From the NCBI GenBank assembly GCA_965644295.1, contig CBFFRP010000239.1, positions 1 through 64,000 of the forward strand: a stretch of 64,000 nt of DNA. The letters run 5' to 3'. A model generated the notes under the pieces. That model was given only the letters and a program-made list of their open reading frames with translations, did not search any database and was not told where the DNA came from. Of this stretch, positions 1 through 12,008 are shown in pieces. Position 1 is the stretch's first letter. Every line of letters starts with the position of its first letter. Origin of the DNA: Paraphysomonas bandaiensis. Its lineage: Eukaryota > Protista > Chrysophyceae. The position numbers were made by a program, and so were the translations under genes.

Positions 1-379
1 AAACCCCATTTTCCCGCAGCAAAGTCAATTTTAAGCGAAAAAAGGGGACATCTTCCAAATATCGCTCCAATAAACAGAAACATGATAAGAGAACCGATAA
101 AGACATTATGCTTCAGATGGAGGCACATTGCACGGAGCACTGGGAGAAGATTCAGAAAAGCTCCTCCGACAACAAGTCATCAACAAAGAGGAAAACTGAA
201 GTTCAAGAGAGGAAATTCCAGACTCAGAGTACTGAATATTTCCACGACCACTCTGATCAACTTGCAAATTATGAAGTATAAAGTGGCCCATCGTCAGATT
301 ATCGTGCCGACGAGACTACGGAGGAGTTGCTTACACACCGAGCGATGAATCACACTTCGTTAGTGATCAAAAGGCAGTG

Positions 380-1490
380 GAATGGGATCTGGACTCAAAA
401 AGGTATCAATTACATCTGAAGCAAGCTACCCACCACCACTGCCCCACCGAGATTCAAACAGCCAAATCAGGGTCTACAATGATATCCTCAGGTCAGTAAA
501 GACCAGGGCATCATAACAAGTGCAAACACGTGGACCAAGCGTCTAGGACCCTCATTTCTATTAGCCAACTGACATGACCTCGGACATGAAATCATATTCA
601 GAAACTCAGTCAGTGGAAATATTTAAAGACGGGTGACATATATCGAAAGCCAGCGCGTTGGAGGCCTATACGAAATTCCACTATCAGACCTCGGTACTCC
701 CACTGATGAATCTCACCTCGCACAGACCGCTCTGTATCAACTTGCACTGTTAGCACATAAGAGAGACTAGCACATGCATCACTTGGACTCATACAGAAGG
801 TACAAAATCACTTAATAACTGGTGTCAAGATGACAAAGGAGGAGATGATGTTGCCTCTCTACTCCGCGGTTTATGCGATGGATGTGCAACTGGAAATCAC
901 ATAGACGCAAGCACAGGAATGCCACCGCCAAATGTTGTTGTTGAAAAGAATGAAGGGCAAAGGAGCTGGGGGAGCTCATAGCCGATTTCAGACCATACAC
1001 CCGATGCAATTATTACCGGAAATCGATATGTACTTGGGATCAAAGGATGTAGCATCAAGGTACCAGTGGGACTCCCATGGAACAACGAGATGAAAATTTC
1101 GTTATCCAATCCATTCAGAAAATGTCACGTATCTACGCAGTAGAGGTAAACGACTACACACACAATACAGCGATGGAGGGAAGGAACTATCCTATATTGA
1201 ATAGCCCAATACACGGGAGCAACATGGACTCCTTTAACGCTCCCCTATACTCCCGAGGACAACCCTTTTCAAGAGCGACCATGAGGCAGAACCATCAAAG
1301 AACGAGCACTTAGTAGCTGATGATTCAGGTCTTCCAACGAATTTCTGGAACAAGCCATGAAGACACCACACACATGAAGAACAGGCTACCTTCTTTGCAA
1401 AACTGCTAAAGGATTCATGTCCCCACTCCAGTTCATCGAAAACGAAATACCAGGACTTGAGTTATGCCAGAATATGGGGATGTAAAATGC
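380..1490 (+). mobile_element. Degraded Ty1/Copia retrotransposon pol fragment (GAG-pre-integrase and integrase core), frameshifted
   Basis: Broken-frame peptides match Copia integrase motifs: LCDGCATG (pre-integrase CxxC, ~870), GNRYVLGIK-DVASRYQW (~1015-1070), PYTPEDNPFQER (~1244-1279, cf. PYTPQQNGVAER) and YARIWGCK (~1462). Many stops and frameshifts. Ends are approximate. Confidence 0.7.
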
Positions 1491-2696
1491 TTTGTGAATA
1501 TCGATTCCAGTCTCCGAAAGAACAACTGGGACAGACATAGCTGGCAATCTATCTAGTTTGACTAACTTAAACTTCTCTTACAACGATCTTAATCATCTGA
1601 AAATGGTCATTAGTCAACATTCTCTTTGGTCGAAAACACAGCCAAACAAAAAGTTACACCTTATTAGCTCGCACCCCACCCCATGCCTCTGTTGAGGCCG
1701 TGGTTGTGTTACCCAGCTGGTCCAGCCTCAAATTGGCTCCATTCCCCCGGACTCAGCTGCTGTTTGTACCACACCACCAGTCAGACAAATCACTTGTCAT
1801 ATCCTGTTGTACACGTTACACGAACATTCTAGTGGCGTCCATAGACTCACTCACTCAACTGCTACAGTTTCATCACGCGTCTGCACCTCTGCAGTTCTGC
1901 AATATCTTTTACTCTCCCACCTCGGTGGGCATCTCTTATTGTCAACACAATTGCTCTCGCCACATATAACCTCCTACCACCTCATTCGAGGCATGTATGT
2001 ACTATCCACGAACCTGGACCTCAATCTTTACCTCCTCCTCCCTACCAATCCTCACAAGTTCTACTAATGCTCCAGTTAATAGCATCCACAGGGAGTCGCG
2101 CCGAAAGCGTGAGTGCCATATAGCAGCTCCCATAAGTTCATACGCGTACTGGCCAAGACCCGGAATGTCTCTGAAGGGTGTCTCGAGTCGCAGGATTTTT
2201 GTGGAGCCGTTCTCCCAGGCATCCTCCGGGGGGAGCCAGACAGCCGCCGCGCCTCCGTGATGAGTCCAGCTTGTGCGCGGGTTTATATGCGTAAGGCGGC
2301 GGGGGAGAGAGCTCCGGGCGTGTCATCACACTCCCTCTCGACTCCCTGTTGCTGGACACACCTCCCACTGGTGTACAGCTATACACTCTCTTCCATATAT
2401 GCTCTCTGCCACTGGCTAAGGCAGCAAAAGAGTCGATTTCGACGCTTCTTCACAGTTGGCCATAACCTTTTGCAAGACCTTCATCCGCATACCTCCGAGC
2501 CACTTGGCACAATGCCTAAGGGAAGGCCACCAGATCACCAATCACAGAAGGGTATATTACTGCTTCCCCTGGTTGCCATAAGGCACATAAGGCAGTCCCC
2601 GATATAAGTGTACAAATGTAAGTGTAGTATGAAGCGTTCCAGTGTGATAGTAGTAGACTTTTTAGATCACTGCTTTCACTTGTCATGCTGACGTTG

Positions 2697-2955
2697 TATG
2701 GTTGCACCATGGTTCTCGCAGCGATGCACAAGCAGTCCAGAGACGGTTGCCCGCCACTAGTCGTACATAGCAAGTCCAGTTATTAGTCTATAGATGTAAA
2801 ACTAATTTCTGTACACAACCGTTCTCATGTAATAATCAGATATTCTTATATGCTGACATTGTACAACGTCGTCCCTTACATACGCATCTATCATATAGCG
2901 AGAATGGTTGCACCTTGGTGCTTGCGGCGACGCACAAGCAGTTCTCGTAGCGCTA
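2697..2955 (+). repeat. Two short copies of dispersed repeat family A core (GGTTGCACC(A/T)TGG..GC(A/G)GCGA(T/C)GCACAAGCAG)
   Basis: Cores at ~2700-2737 and ~2906-2950 match segments at 11340-11400 (minus), 23675-23720 (minus) and 37309-37355 (plus). Confidence 0.6.
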
Positions 2956-3401
2956 TGTGCTCATGCCCGGGAGTTGTGCCAAACAAGGTACCAGACAGCA
3001 GGTTCCATTGTTGCACCTGCTTCATAAGAAGAGCACCACGAATGCCGTCATATTCATACAATGAGACGCCTCTTCATTGATAGTCATATATAATCATATA
3101 GTCATAAGGTCATGTAGGCATATAGCCATATACGCATATAGGCAGGTCTGTTGCAGAGAGCTCAAGTGCAACCTATATGCGCAGTCTCATCTACCCACAG
3201 CATACAATCTCAATAAGCCGCATTTCTTCTATAGATAAGACAGCAGAGGTGTGCAGCTCAGTGCTAGTTATTGTACGATAAGCATATGAAGATGCGTGTA
3301 TGGTACATGTGACTATGATATGGATGCAGGATTGTCAAGGATTGTGTATACAGCAGTATACCATGTATACTATCGTGTATATATCTATCCTGTATACAAC
3401 A

Positions 3402-4251
3402 ATGTATGTATGTATGTATGTATGTATGTATGTATGTATGTATGTATGTATGTATGTATGTATGTATGTATGTATGTATGTATGTATGTATGTACAATGT
3501 ATGTATGTATGTATGTATGTATGTATGTATGTATGTATGTATGTATGTATGTATGTATGTATGTATGTATGTATGTATGTATGTATGTATGCATGTATGC
3601 ATGTATGTATGTATGTATGTATGTATGTATGTATGTATGTATGTATGTATGTATGTATGTATGTATGTATGTATGTATGTATGTATGTATGTATGTATGC
3701 ATGTATGTATGTATGTATGTATGTATGTATGTATGTATGTATGTATGTATGTATGTATGTATGTATGTATGTATGTATGTATGTATGTATGTATGTATGT
3801 ATGTATGTATGTATGTATGTATGTATGTATGTATGTATGTATGTATGTATGTATGTATGTATGTATGTATGTATGTATGTATGTATGTATGTATGTATGT
3901 ATGTATGTATGTATGTATGTATGTATGTATGTATGTATGTATGCATGTATGTATGTATGTATGTATGTATGTATGTATGTATGTATGTATGTATGTATGT
4001 ATGTATGTATGTATGTATGTATGTATGTATGTATGTATGTATGTATGTATGTATGTATGTATGTATGTATGTATGTATGTATGTATGTATGTATGTATGT
4101 ATGTATGTATGTATGTATGTATGTATGTATGTATGTATGTATGTATGTATGTATGTATGTATGTATGTATGTATGTATGTATGTATGTATGTATGTATGT
4201 ATGTATGTATGTATGTATGTATGTATGTATGTATGTATGTATGTATGTATG

Positions 4252-4283
<32 letters not shown>

Positions 4284-4464
4284 TGTATGTATGTATGTAT
4301 GTATGTATGTATGTATGTATGTATGTATGTATGTATGTATGTATGTATGTATGTATGTATGTATGTATGTATGTATGTATGTATGTATGTATGTATGTAT
4401 GTATGTATGTATGTATGTATGTATGTATGTATGTATGTATGTATGTATGTATGTATGTATGTAT
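3402..4464 (+). repeat. (ATGT)n tetranucleotide microsatellite, ~1.06 kb
   Basis: Directly visible, with a few interruptions (ATGC, ACAAT, ATAT). Confidence 0.99.
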
Positions 4465-4575
4465 ATGTTCGTTGTGTTTTGGTGGAGCGACTCATCTCAC
4501 AATGTATACGAATCCATCAACCACTGTACCTTCTAGTCGTGTCGAATAGCACCATTAATCCTGAACAATCTCTTC

Positions 4576-5225
4576 ATGTTTCGTTTCCAGTTATATCTTT
4601 CACGTGGATCTCGTCTGTTTAGCTCTGAACGTGCCCTTAAAGCTGTTAAGCCAGGAGCCCTATTAAAGATCAACAACACTCCTCATCGAGTCGTTAAGAT
4701 TACACGTGGCAAAAGAGGCAAAGGTGGAGGGTTCGTGAAGGCTACATTACGTAATATAACATCACAAAATTCTTTCGAGAAAACATTTACATCAGATGAA
4801 ATGGTGGAGGAGGTGGAGTCAGAGAAACATAATGCTCAGTACAGTTGGACGGACGGGAATGACTTGATTTTTCTTAATTCTACTACGTTTGATGAGATAA
4901 GGATATCAAAAGATATAGTAAGTAATCATCAATACTTAGCGGAAGGGGAGGAGTACCGGGTTATGAAGATTGAGGGGAAATATGTTGGAGTTGAGTTTCC
5001 TACCAACGCAACTTATACTGTAGTATCACTAGATATAGGTGGAAGCAACAGGTAGTAGCAGTATATATTTTATATTTCTCCACTAACAGGTTTGAGTACA
5101 GTGCAAAAATGCAAAAGGCTGTTGTGAATTCAGGAGCATCTGTTGATGTCCCGGAGTTTGTCAATGTTGGAGACAGAATCAGAATTAATGTGGAAGAAGG
5201 AACTTATCTTAGTCGTGATAATTAG
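4576..5225 (+). CDS. efp: Organellar (probably mitochondrial) elongation factor P, 2 exons
   Basis: KPGALLKINNTPHRVVKITRGKRGKGGGFVKATLRNI (EF-P N-domain), YSWTDGNDLIFLNSTTFDEI (OB), and after an intron (donor 5052, acceptor 5089 or 5101, both in frame) KAVVNSGASVDVPEFVNVGDRIRINVEEGTYLSR*. The N-terminus MFRFQLYLSRGSRLFSS looks like a mitochondrial presequence. Confidence 0.9.
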
Positions 5226-6020
5226 ACAACTATGTAGATGTTGTTTAAACGATTGTGAAGCACACTAATGAGTTCGGATTACTTGATAAGCGAACGAAAC
5301 CTAAAATCGTGTAGTAACGTGTTCCGTATTTCTGTCATTCTCAGCTTCTTAGCCAGCAATAATTATCTATGTTGACTTTCTACACACCTACTACGAACTG
5401 ATATATTGCCGTTGGTGCCAAACAATAGATTGACAACCACCACCAATATTATTCACTGGTGTGGGCATTATTATATTCAAATCTAAAGTGCTGTACATTA
5501 GTAGACGCTTCTGCGCTGTATTCACTGTTCACTTTATCTGCACTCTGCACCACGGCAGGGAGCAATATATATAAAACCCATGTATATAAATTACCGGGAA
5601 AAGTAGAAAAATCAATTTTTTGATGTTGTTGTGTGGCTTTTACGCATCGTTCTCTCTACAGCAGTACTCTATACATGTACATCGCTTCTTTTAGTATAAG
5701 GTACAACATATATATCATTCAAAAAGGAAGCGACACCCTGATCTGCATGTAGTTGGTCATAGCAAACAAGAAATGTTCAAGTTAAGCTACAGTACTCCAG
5801 CTTTTTAGGAATGAACCTGATGATAGTATTCGTATGTTCTACTTGTCAAGATGGATTAGTACTATAAGAGAAACTTGCAGAACTGTGTCGGTCATCACTA
5901 AACGCATAGTTTCATATTCAGCTATCCTTCTTGATTATAAGTGAATAGCAGTGTGTGACATAGAGTGGGACAGTGTTTACTTCGTTCACATATATACAAA
6001 GTACTAGATCATGCAGAATT

Positions 6021-6471
6021 TTAAGATTCTGAACTCATATCTCTCAATTGTGAGGCTAATTTCTCCAGGTCTGTGAGGTTTAAGTTGGCAGTGGATTTTT
6101 CATATTCCTATAATAACATTGAACATGAAATAAAATATAGCACACCTTTGCTCTTACCTCTTTGAAACACTTGACAAACTTTTTTCTTGACTGATCATCC
6201 AATACATCGGCGAGATGACTATCTAGAAAATCCCAAAATCCCTGATTTGAATTCCCTGAGACTGACTGGACCCTGTTGCCACTGGAAGATTGCGTACATG
6301 CTGTTATTTTTTTCGTTTCATTATCTTTCTATTAACCACAATAATTAAAGAGTATATATGTATATATGTAAGTACCTTGCTGCGGTTTGATTTCCATGTT
6401 GACTTACAGTAATCCGGTCGTCTAACTATAGGATACTGTATGAGAGCAGCTTGGAAAGTAGCATCATCCAT
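6021..6471 (-). CDS. Small hypothetical protein, ~3 exons (MDDATFQAALIQYPIVRRPDY...GFWDFLDSHL...LNLTDLEKLASQL)
   Basis: ATG at 6471, GT-AG introns join three open segments, TAA at 6021-6023. No function recognised. Confidence 0.6.
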
Positions 6472-7182
6472 AATGGGATATATATAAGCGGTAAAGGAGA
6501 ATGCTCTAGCTAGATAGAATTGATAATGAATGGGTGCGTACAGTGCGTGTATATATGCATAGAGAGAGCTGCTGTATAGTTCATATGTACTGAGAAATAA
6601 GCGGAGAAATTTAGCAATTTTTATTTTCATATTAATATACAGTGACTTAGTACTCTATTATAGTATATTTTTATTGCTAAAATTAGGCTGCTACTGATTT
6701 TGTTGGTTAAAATATGGAGTTTTCATATATTTTGAAAACCAGGGAGTTTTGGCACCGTGTTTTTTATTGTAAAAAAAGACTGAGAACTGATTTTTTAGCG
6801 GCAGTTTTGCCACCATCCAGGAAAATGATCCAATAGAAATAAATGAAATATATTATAAGCTCTATGATTGGTGAATTAATTTTATTCTATTTTTCCATTT
6901 TGGTGCTACTACTTCGTACATACATGTCCAGCAGTATGCAGTGTATGTATACATACATACAGCATACAGAAGTACACATACCTCCATATACATACATGCA
7001 TACTGATAGGTTTCAAATCATCTCGTATATATGTATATGTATACATCCAGCAGTACACATCGACCATAATACTAACGCCATTTCTATTAACATCCTCGAT
7101 AATAGAAGCCATCTCAACGAATTGATATCTGGAGAACATCTACCATTAAGACCTATTCTATAGGCGTATTACCACCCATAGA

Positions 7183-10100
7183 ATGAGTAAACTAAGGTGC
7201 GTATTCCCTCTCTATCCATACATATAAATCCATAACTAAACACACACATATATACATACATATACAGGTTTAGTGTAGTAAACTGCAGTAGTGAACATGA
7301 AGATTATCCTGCTATTGAACTAAACATTCACAGTCCAAGTACAAAAGGATGGCAATCTAGAAACTTCTGTGATTATCCACAAGAGTTGGGGTTTCGTATG
7401 GAAGGAGGCGATACACATATCACACAAATACAAATATTAAGTCATCAATCAAAAATATCAACTAAAATTGAAATATTTGTTGGACAAGGTAATGATTATC
7501 ATTCTGCAACTTATAAGCGTTTGGGGTATCTGTCATTAGACTCGAATGAAAGATCGAACTATCGTGCACGTGAACTTAAAACTGTATATGTTGATCACGT
7601 GGGAAATTTTGTTCGACTTCTCATTCATAGAAATTTTGTGAATAAATACAACCACTATAATCAAGTGGGTCTTGTTGCGGTGAATTTTTTGGGTACAGAG
7701 CAACCGCCAGTTGCAGGAGGGAAGGGGATAACTGATGGACGTCAAATGGCGAAAGGCGCAAAGAGTGTCCCATCGAACTCGTTGCATGATCTGTCGATCG
7801 ATCTCAATCTCGATCAAGGGACTGCTGCAAAGCTGCGACGATTGGCAGATGCCAAGGCACGTGCAGTTTCTCAAGAGGACTATAAGACTGCGAAGACCAT
7901 TAAAACTGTCGAGGGAGAGCTCAAAGCTCTTGGATCTCGTTTGGCTCAATTGGACATTGCCAAACGACAAGCTGTAAATGCAGAAGACTATGATCGTGCG
8001 GCAGCCCTCAAAGATGAAACTGATGCACTGCGACAGGAGATCGAGGATAAAATCGAAGGCATCCATATCGCAGGAGTGACTGACCGCCCAATCGAAACTG
8101 TTGTTTCGTCACCTTTCCGTGCAGATGACTCCCCCCCGAAGGCATCTCCCCGATCTCCGAGAGGAAATCATCCCATGGCTAGTGCACGGTCAGTTCGTTC
8201 CTTACAAAGTGATCATAAGGCTCCATTGGATGTGGATTCTATGGTCGTAGGAGGAGGTGGAGGAGGTTACCCAGGTACGATTGCACACATAGGGTAATAC
8301 ATTTCTGTGCACTGGCAGTGTGTCGCCATTTTATAGCTTCAACTTTGTGTATTATTTCTAAAAGTTGGCCTATAGAATACGGCGGAGCAAGGCGGGATGA
8401 GACCCCTAGAGATTACGGTCACGATCAAGGCTTCGAGAGTGAAGAAGAAAGAGATACCCGCCCTATACGACCCAAAGCGAACGTCAACTACAACGATAGA
8501 GATCCTGAAGTTGACCCTATCGGTGTGTTGTACTCCATTGTCTTTTTTTATAGTTACATCAATCAGGTGTTGATGAGGAGGACGGAGTTGGGAATAACTT
8601 CCCGCCAGGACAGCACCCTCTGGAAGGTGTGTCTAACCTATCAGAGCTTCCGGTTCCTGAAGAACTCCATGGTGTCAACAAGTGCGTAGTGACACGATGC
8701 TAGTAGTTGCCTGTATATATGCGTTGTTATATTAGAATGGCATGTAATGGAGTTATCATAGAACTTAGCGATATAATGATTTGGCGCGTATGATTTGCAT
8801 GATGGCGATTTATGTGTGATATGGTGCAGAGATGCGGCAGACTCAAGTGGTATGACGGCATTGCTTGGGGAGTATAGAGCATCTTGTATATTTAGCAAAG
8901 TGTGGGCTCTGCGGGAAGCTGGAGTGCACAAGACACGCATGATGCTTCGAGAAGAGCTGTATAACCAACCGGGAATATCATCGTGCCTCAATGTTATGTG
9001 TGCGGTGGTGAAACCTGGTTTAACAGACAAAATCGCCCAAGTTTTCGTAGCTTCCATGGCGCTTTTAGATGATATTATCGTCAGATTGAACAAGTATTTT
9101 CTGTTTTTTGTTTTTTTCATCTGCTTATTACTCGTGTGTCGTGCTGGATAGGGACCAGGTGCCTCGCTCGGTGGCTGCCCCAGCGATGGAACCAATTTTG
9201 TGTAAGGCCACTTTTCTTGTAAACGAATATATGGATATATTATTGATGTCACGAGCTGCTTGTAATGATTGGCATGGTCTGACACCTGTATTTTAGCAAG
9301 TCTCATCGAGAAACTCAACGATGGCGCCTCTAGAATCCGCGAAGCATCAAGACAAATGATTGAATCCTTCGCTTCCTGTCCTGCCATCGGTCCCGCCCTG
9401 GTCGCCAATCATGTCTTGCGCCCACTCCCGGCGAAACAGAAAAATGCATGGAGACCAATTCTTGGCCGCCTTCAGCTCCTTGGTGATCTTGTTGGGGTAT
9501 ATGGGGTGGGTGGCTCATCTGGACTGACTACGGAGTCGGTAATGAATTACATAAAGTCCATGAATGCTTTCTCCCACAGCAACGGAGAAGTCCGAGACGC
9601 GGCAAAGTTTGTTACGGTTGCACTTCATAAATATGTTGGCTTAGAGCCTCTAGAGCCATACCTGACTCTTCTCCGAAAGAAGCAGCTGGAAGAGTACCAA
9701 CTAGCGTTTTCTTCCCACAGCGCTGGGGCTGGCTCGGCATTTGGTGATGGAACAGAAGCATCTTCGGGCGAAGAAAAGCAAAGAGTTCCTGCAGAAAATA
9801 AGAGCAAGGGGTCAGCACAAAATGCACATAATACTCCAGTCAAACCTACAGCCATGGAAGAAAGCAAGTCCGCCGTTAAGGCTGAAGCTCCTCCTGGAGA
9901 TAATGATTTCACTCTGTGTATGTTTTGTGGCAAGTCGGACAAGTCGTGGAATGAAGACGGGCTGGACCTACACTACTGGAAGGAGTGCCCTCTCCTTTCT
10001 CCTTGCTCTGCTTGTGCACAGATAGTTGAGATAGCCGGGCTGCCGGAGCATTTGTTAGATGAATGTGAGCAGAAGGATACATTCGTTGCTTGCGATACAA

Positions 10101-10334
10101 CAGGTACGGTGTATAACTAATCTTCTGTATCTCGATCAGATTTTATATGCAACAGGACTTGCGATTCGAAAAGATGAAATGGAGGCATGGAAATCCAGTG
10201 CCAGCTGCGTTCCGCCACCTGATAATTGCATGTATTGCCCACTATGTTTGGCCTCTGTGGAAGACACGGATGATGCCTGGCGTCAACATCTTCTATATGG
10301 ATGTCCGAAAAATGGACGATCGTATGCTGCTTGA
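7183..10334 (+). CDS. CEP104: Centrosomal/ciliary tip protein CEP104, multi-exon
   Basis: N-terminal jelly-roll (SSEHEDYPAIELN..GWQSRNFCDYPQELG; LGYLSLDSNERSNYRARELKTV), UVR-like coiled coil (KRQAVNAEDYDRAAALK), TOG/HEAT region and C-terminal zinc fingers (CMFCG..LDLHYWKECPLLSPC..C.QIVEIAGLPEHLLDEC; CPLC..WRQHLLYGC). Confidence 0.93.
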
Positions 10335-10569
10335 TTATACTCCCTTAACCGGAAGTCTTCTGTTATTAGATTATTCGATATTGTATTTTCGGTCGAGTGC
10401 AGAATATTATAGTGTCTCGTGGTCAGTGGTTTGATGAATTTATCGTATGCAAATTCTTATCGGGAAAGTGCGAGAAGAGTAAAGAATAGTAATCCACTTA
10501 TCTTATGTTGAACCAACTTTGTTGTCGTTGTTGATTGGGAATTTGTTATGCCATTGACTGGCTACCTTG

Positions 10570-11000
10570 AATTGGACTACGCAATATAGTGAAGAACTAC
10601 TGCGTTTCTTTAGATATATAGGCTGAGTTTGATTGGGGAGCCATCAGCAAAGGTGAATAGAAAATAATGTGGATTGATAAAAATGTTTCTGAGTGTGTCA
10701 CATTTTTAATGCAATGTGTAATCTTGTTGACAAGGATTTAACGTAAACCACAGTCTGGTCATCAACAACATCCTACCCTGAGCGAGTACTGTATACTAAA
10801 TATACAGCAGTGTGTGTATCATACAGTGTATCCTTGAGAACAAATAAACATGGATTAAGAGTGCATTGTTTATATCCCATCACCATGATGCCATCCTTCA
10901 GCATGAATTGCCAGTTTCTAGGCGCTTGCTTCAGACTATGCAAACTCTTCTTCTGAGCTGCTGTTGTGCCTGCTTTTGGATGAGCATTGCACACTTCCAT
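10570..11000 (-). mobile_element. Degraded Copia reverse transcriptase fragment
   Basis: KKSLHSLKQAPRNW...MGYKQCTLNPCLFVLK matches the Copia RT motif LKKSLYGLKQAPRxW...DPCLF. Confidence 0.8.
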
Positions 11001-11224
11001 CAGGAAGGAGTACGCGATTTTGTTCCGGGTGTTCCAGAGTTTCTTCGCTTTGCGTAGTCGCTTCTTAGTATACTTTTAATAGCTACCCCTTTTGTGTAGC
11101 CCTGTATACTTTGGTCTTCAACAAGCTTCAATAGTCTGAGCTTGACTATGTGCAATATCGGTAGCGTTGTCCTACCCTTCTATGTACATAAGTCCTATGT
11201 TTGGCCTTAAAATCACGTAACAGC

Positions 11225-11670
11225 TAACACAGTAGTAAATGTCTGATTTTTAGCAATGGGCGTGTAAGAGTCAAAACTAAGTTAGCAAAGCAATTTAACT
11301 AACTAGTGCTTAACTCTGATATCCTATTATATTTAACGCTACGAAAGTTGCTTGTGCATCACCGCAAGCACCAAGGTCCAAGGTGCAGCCACTTTTGCTC
11401 TCTGTCCTTAAGGTGAATAGCCCGGATGTGGACTCCAGCAGGCAGCCCAATACCCCGAATGCCGTTGAGTTGGGCCCATTCCCAGATGCCTGTTTATTCG
11501 CTAAAAGCCCATAGACGTCTACACTCTACACAAGTGACACTTATTAGCCTCCCTTGTATCACACAAGCATTTGGCTACGAGTAGGTAGAACAATATCTGC
11601 TGATTATATATGCGGTACTTATTCCCCAGAACACCACGAAAAGTTGCAAGTCCGACTTTGTTGAGGGTAA
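11225..11670 (-). repeat. Dispersed repeat family A, long copy (retroelement-associated, unclassified)
   Basis: Collinear similarity to 23640-24070 (same strand) and to 37177-37462 (opposite strand). Confidence 0.75.
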
Positions 11671-12008
11671 CAAGATAGTCTACTCAGTGCGAGCACTCCT
11701 GCACACTTCACTGATCGATAAACATCCTATTCTACTGTAAAACGGCATATATCGTTCACGCCTGTAGATGCCAAGTTATAGAGGATGATAATACTATATA
11801 TCTATCTATATATACAGCGTCTAGTATGTAAGATGCAAAGGGTAAAAAGTGAAATGGAGGGATGAATTAGGACCACTCCCTTCGCTCAACACTTCGTGTA
11901 AACATTGAATATTGTAATTTTTCACCTAGATGGGTTTATTTTATCAGATATCACAGCATCGTGCTTCCAATGCTTAAGATTAATATAACAAAAATAGCTG
12001 TGCACACT

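Noticed and set aside
1640-2620. GC-richer stretch with several short ORFs, possibly decayed gag sequence
   Set aside because: No diagnostic motif could be read, so it is left unannotated.
3264-4622. Long MYVC/HTYI ORFs on both strands
   Set aside because: These arise because (ATGT)n lacks stop codons. There is no evidence of coding.
7536-8066. Antisense ORFs overlapping CEP104 and other genes (also 60980-61513, 44270-44707, 56640-57092)
   Set aside because: Shadow frames of well-supported genes with no recognisable motifs.
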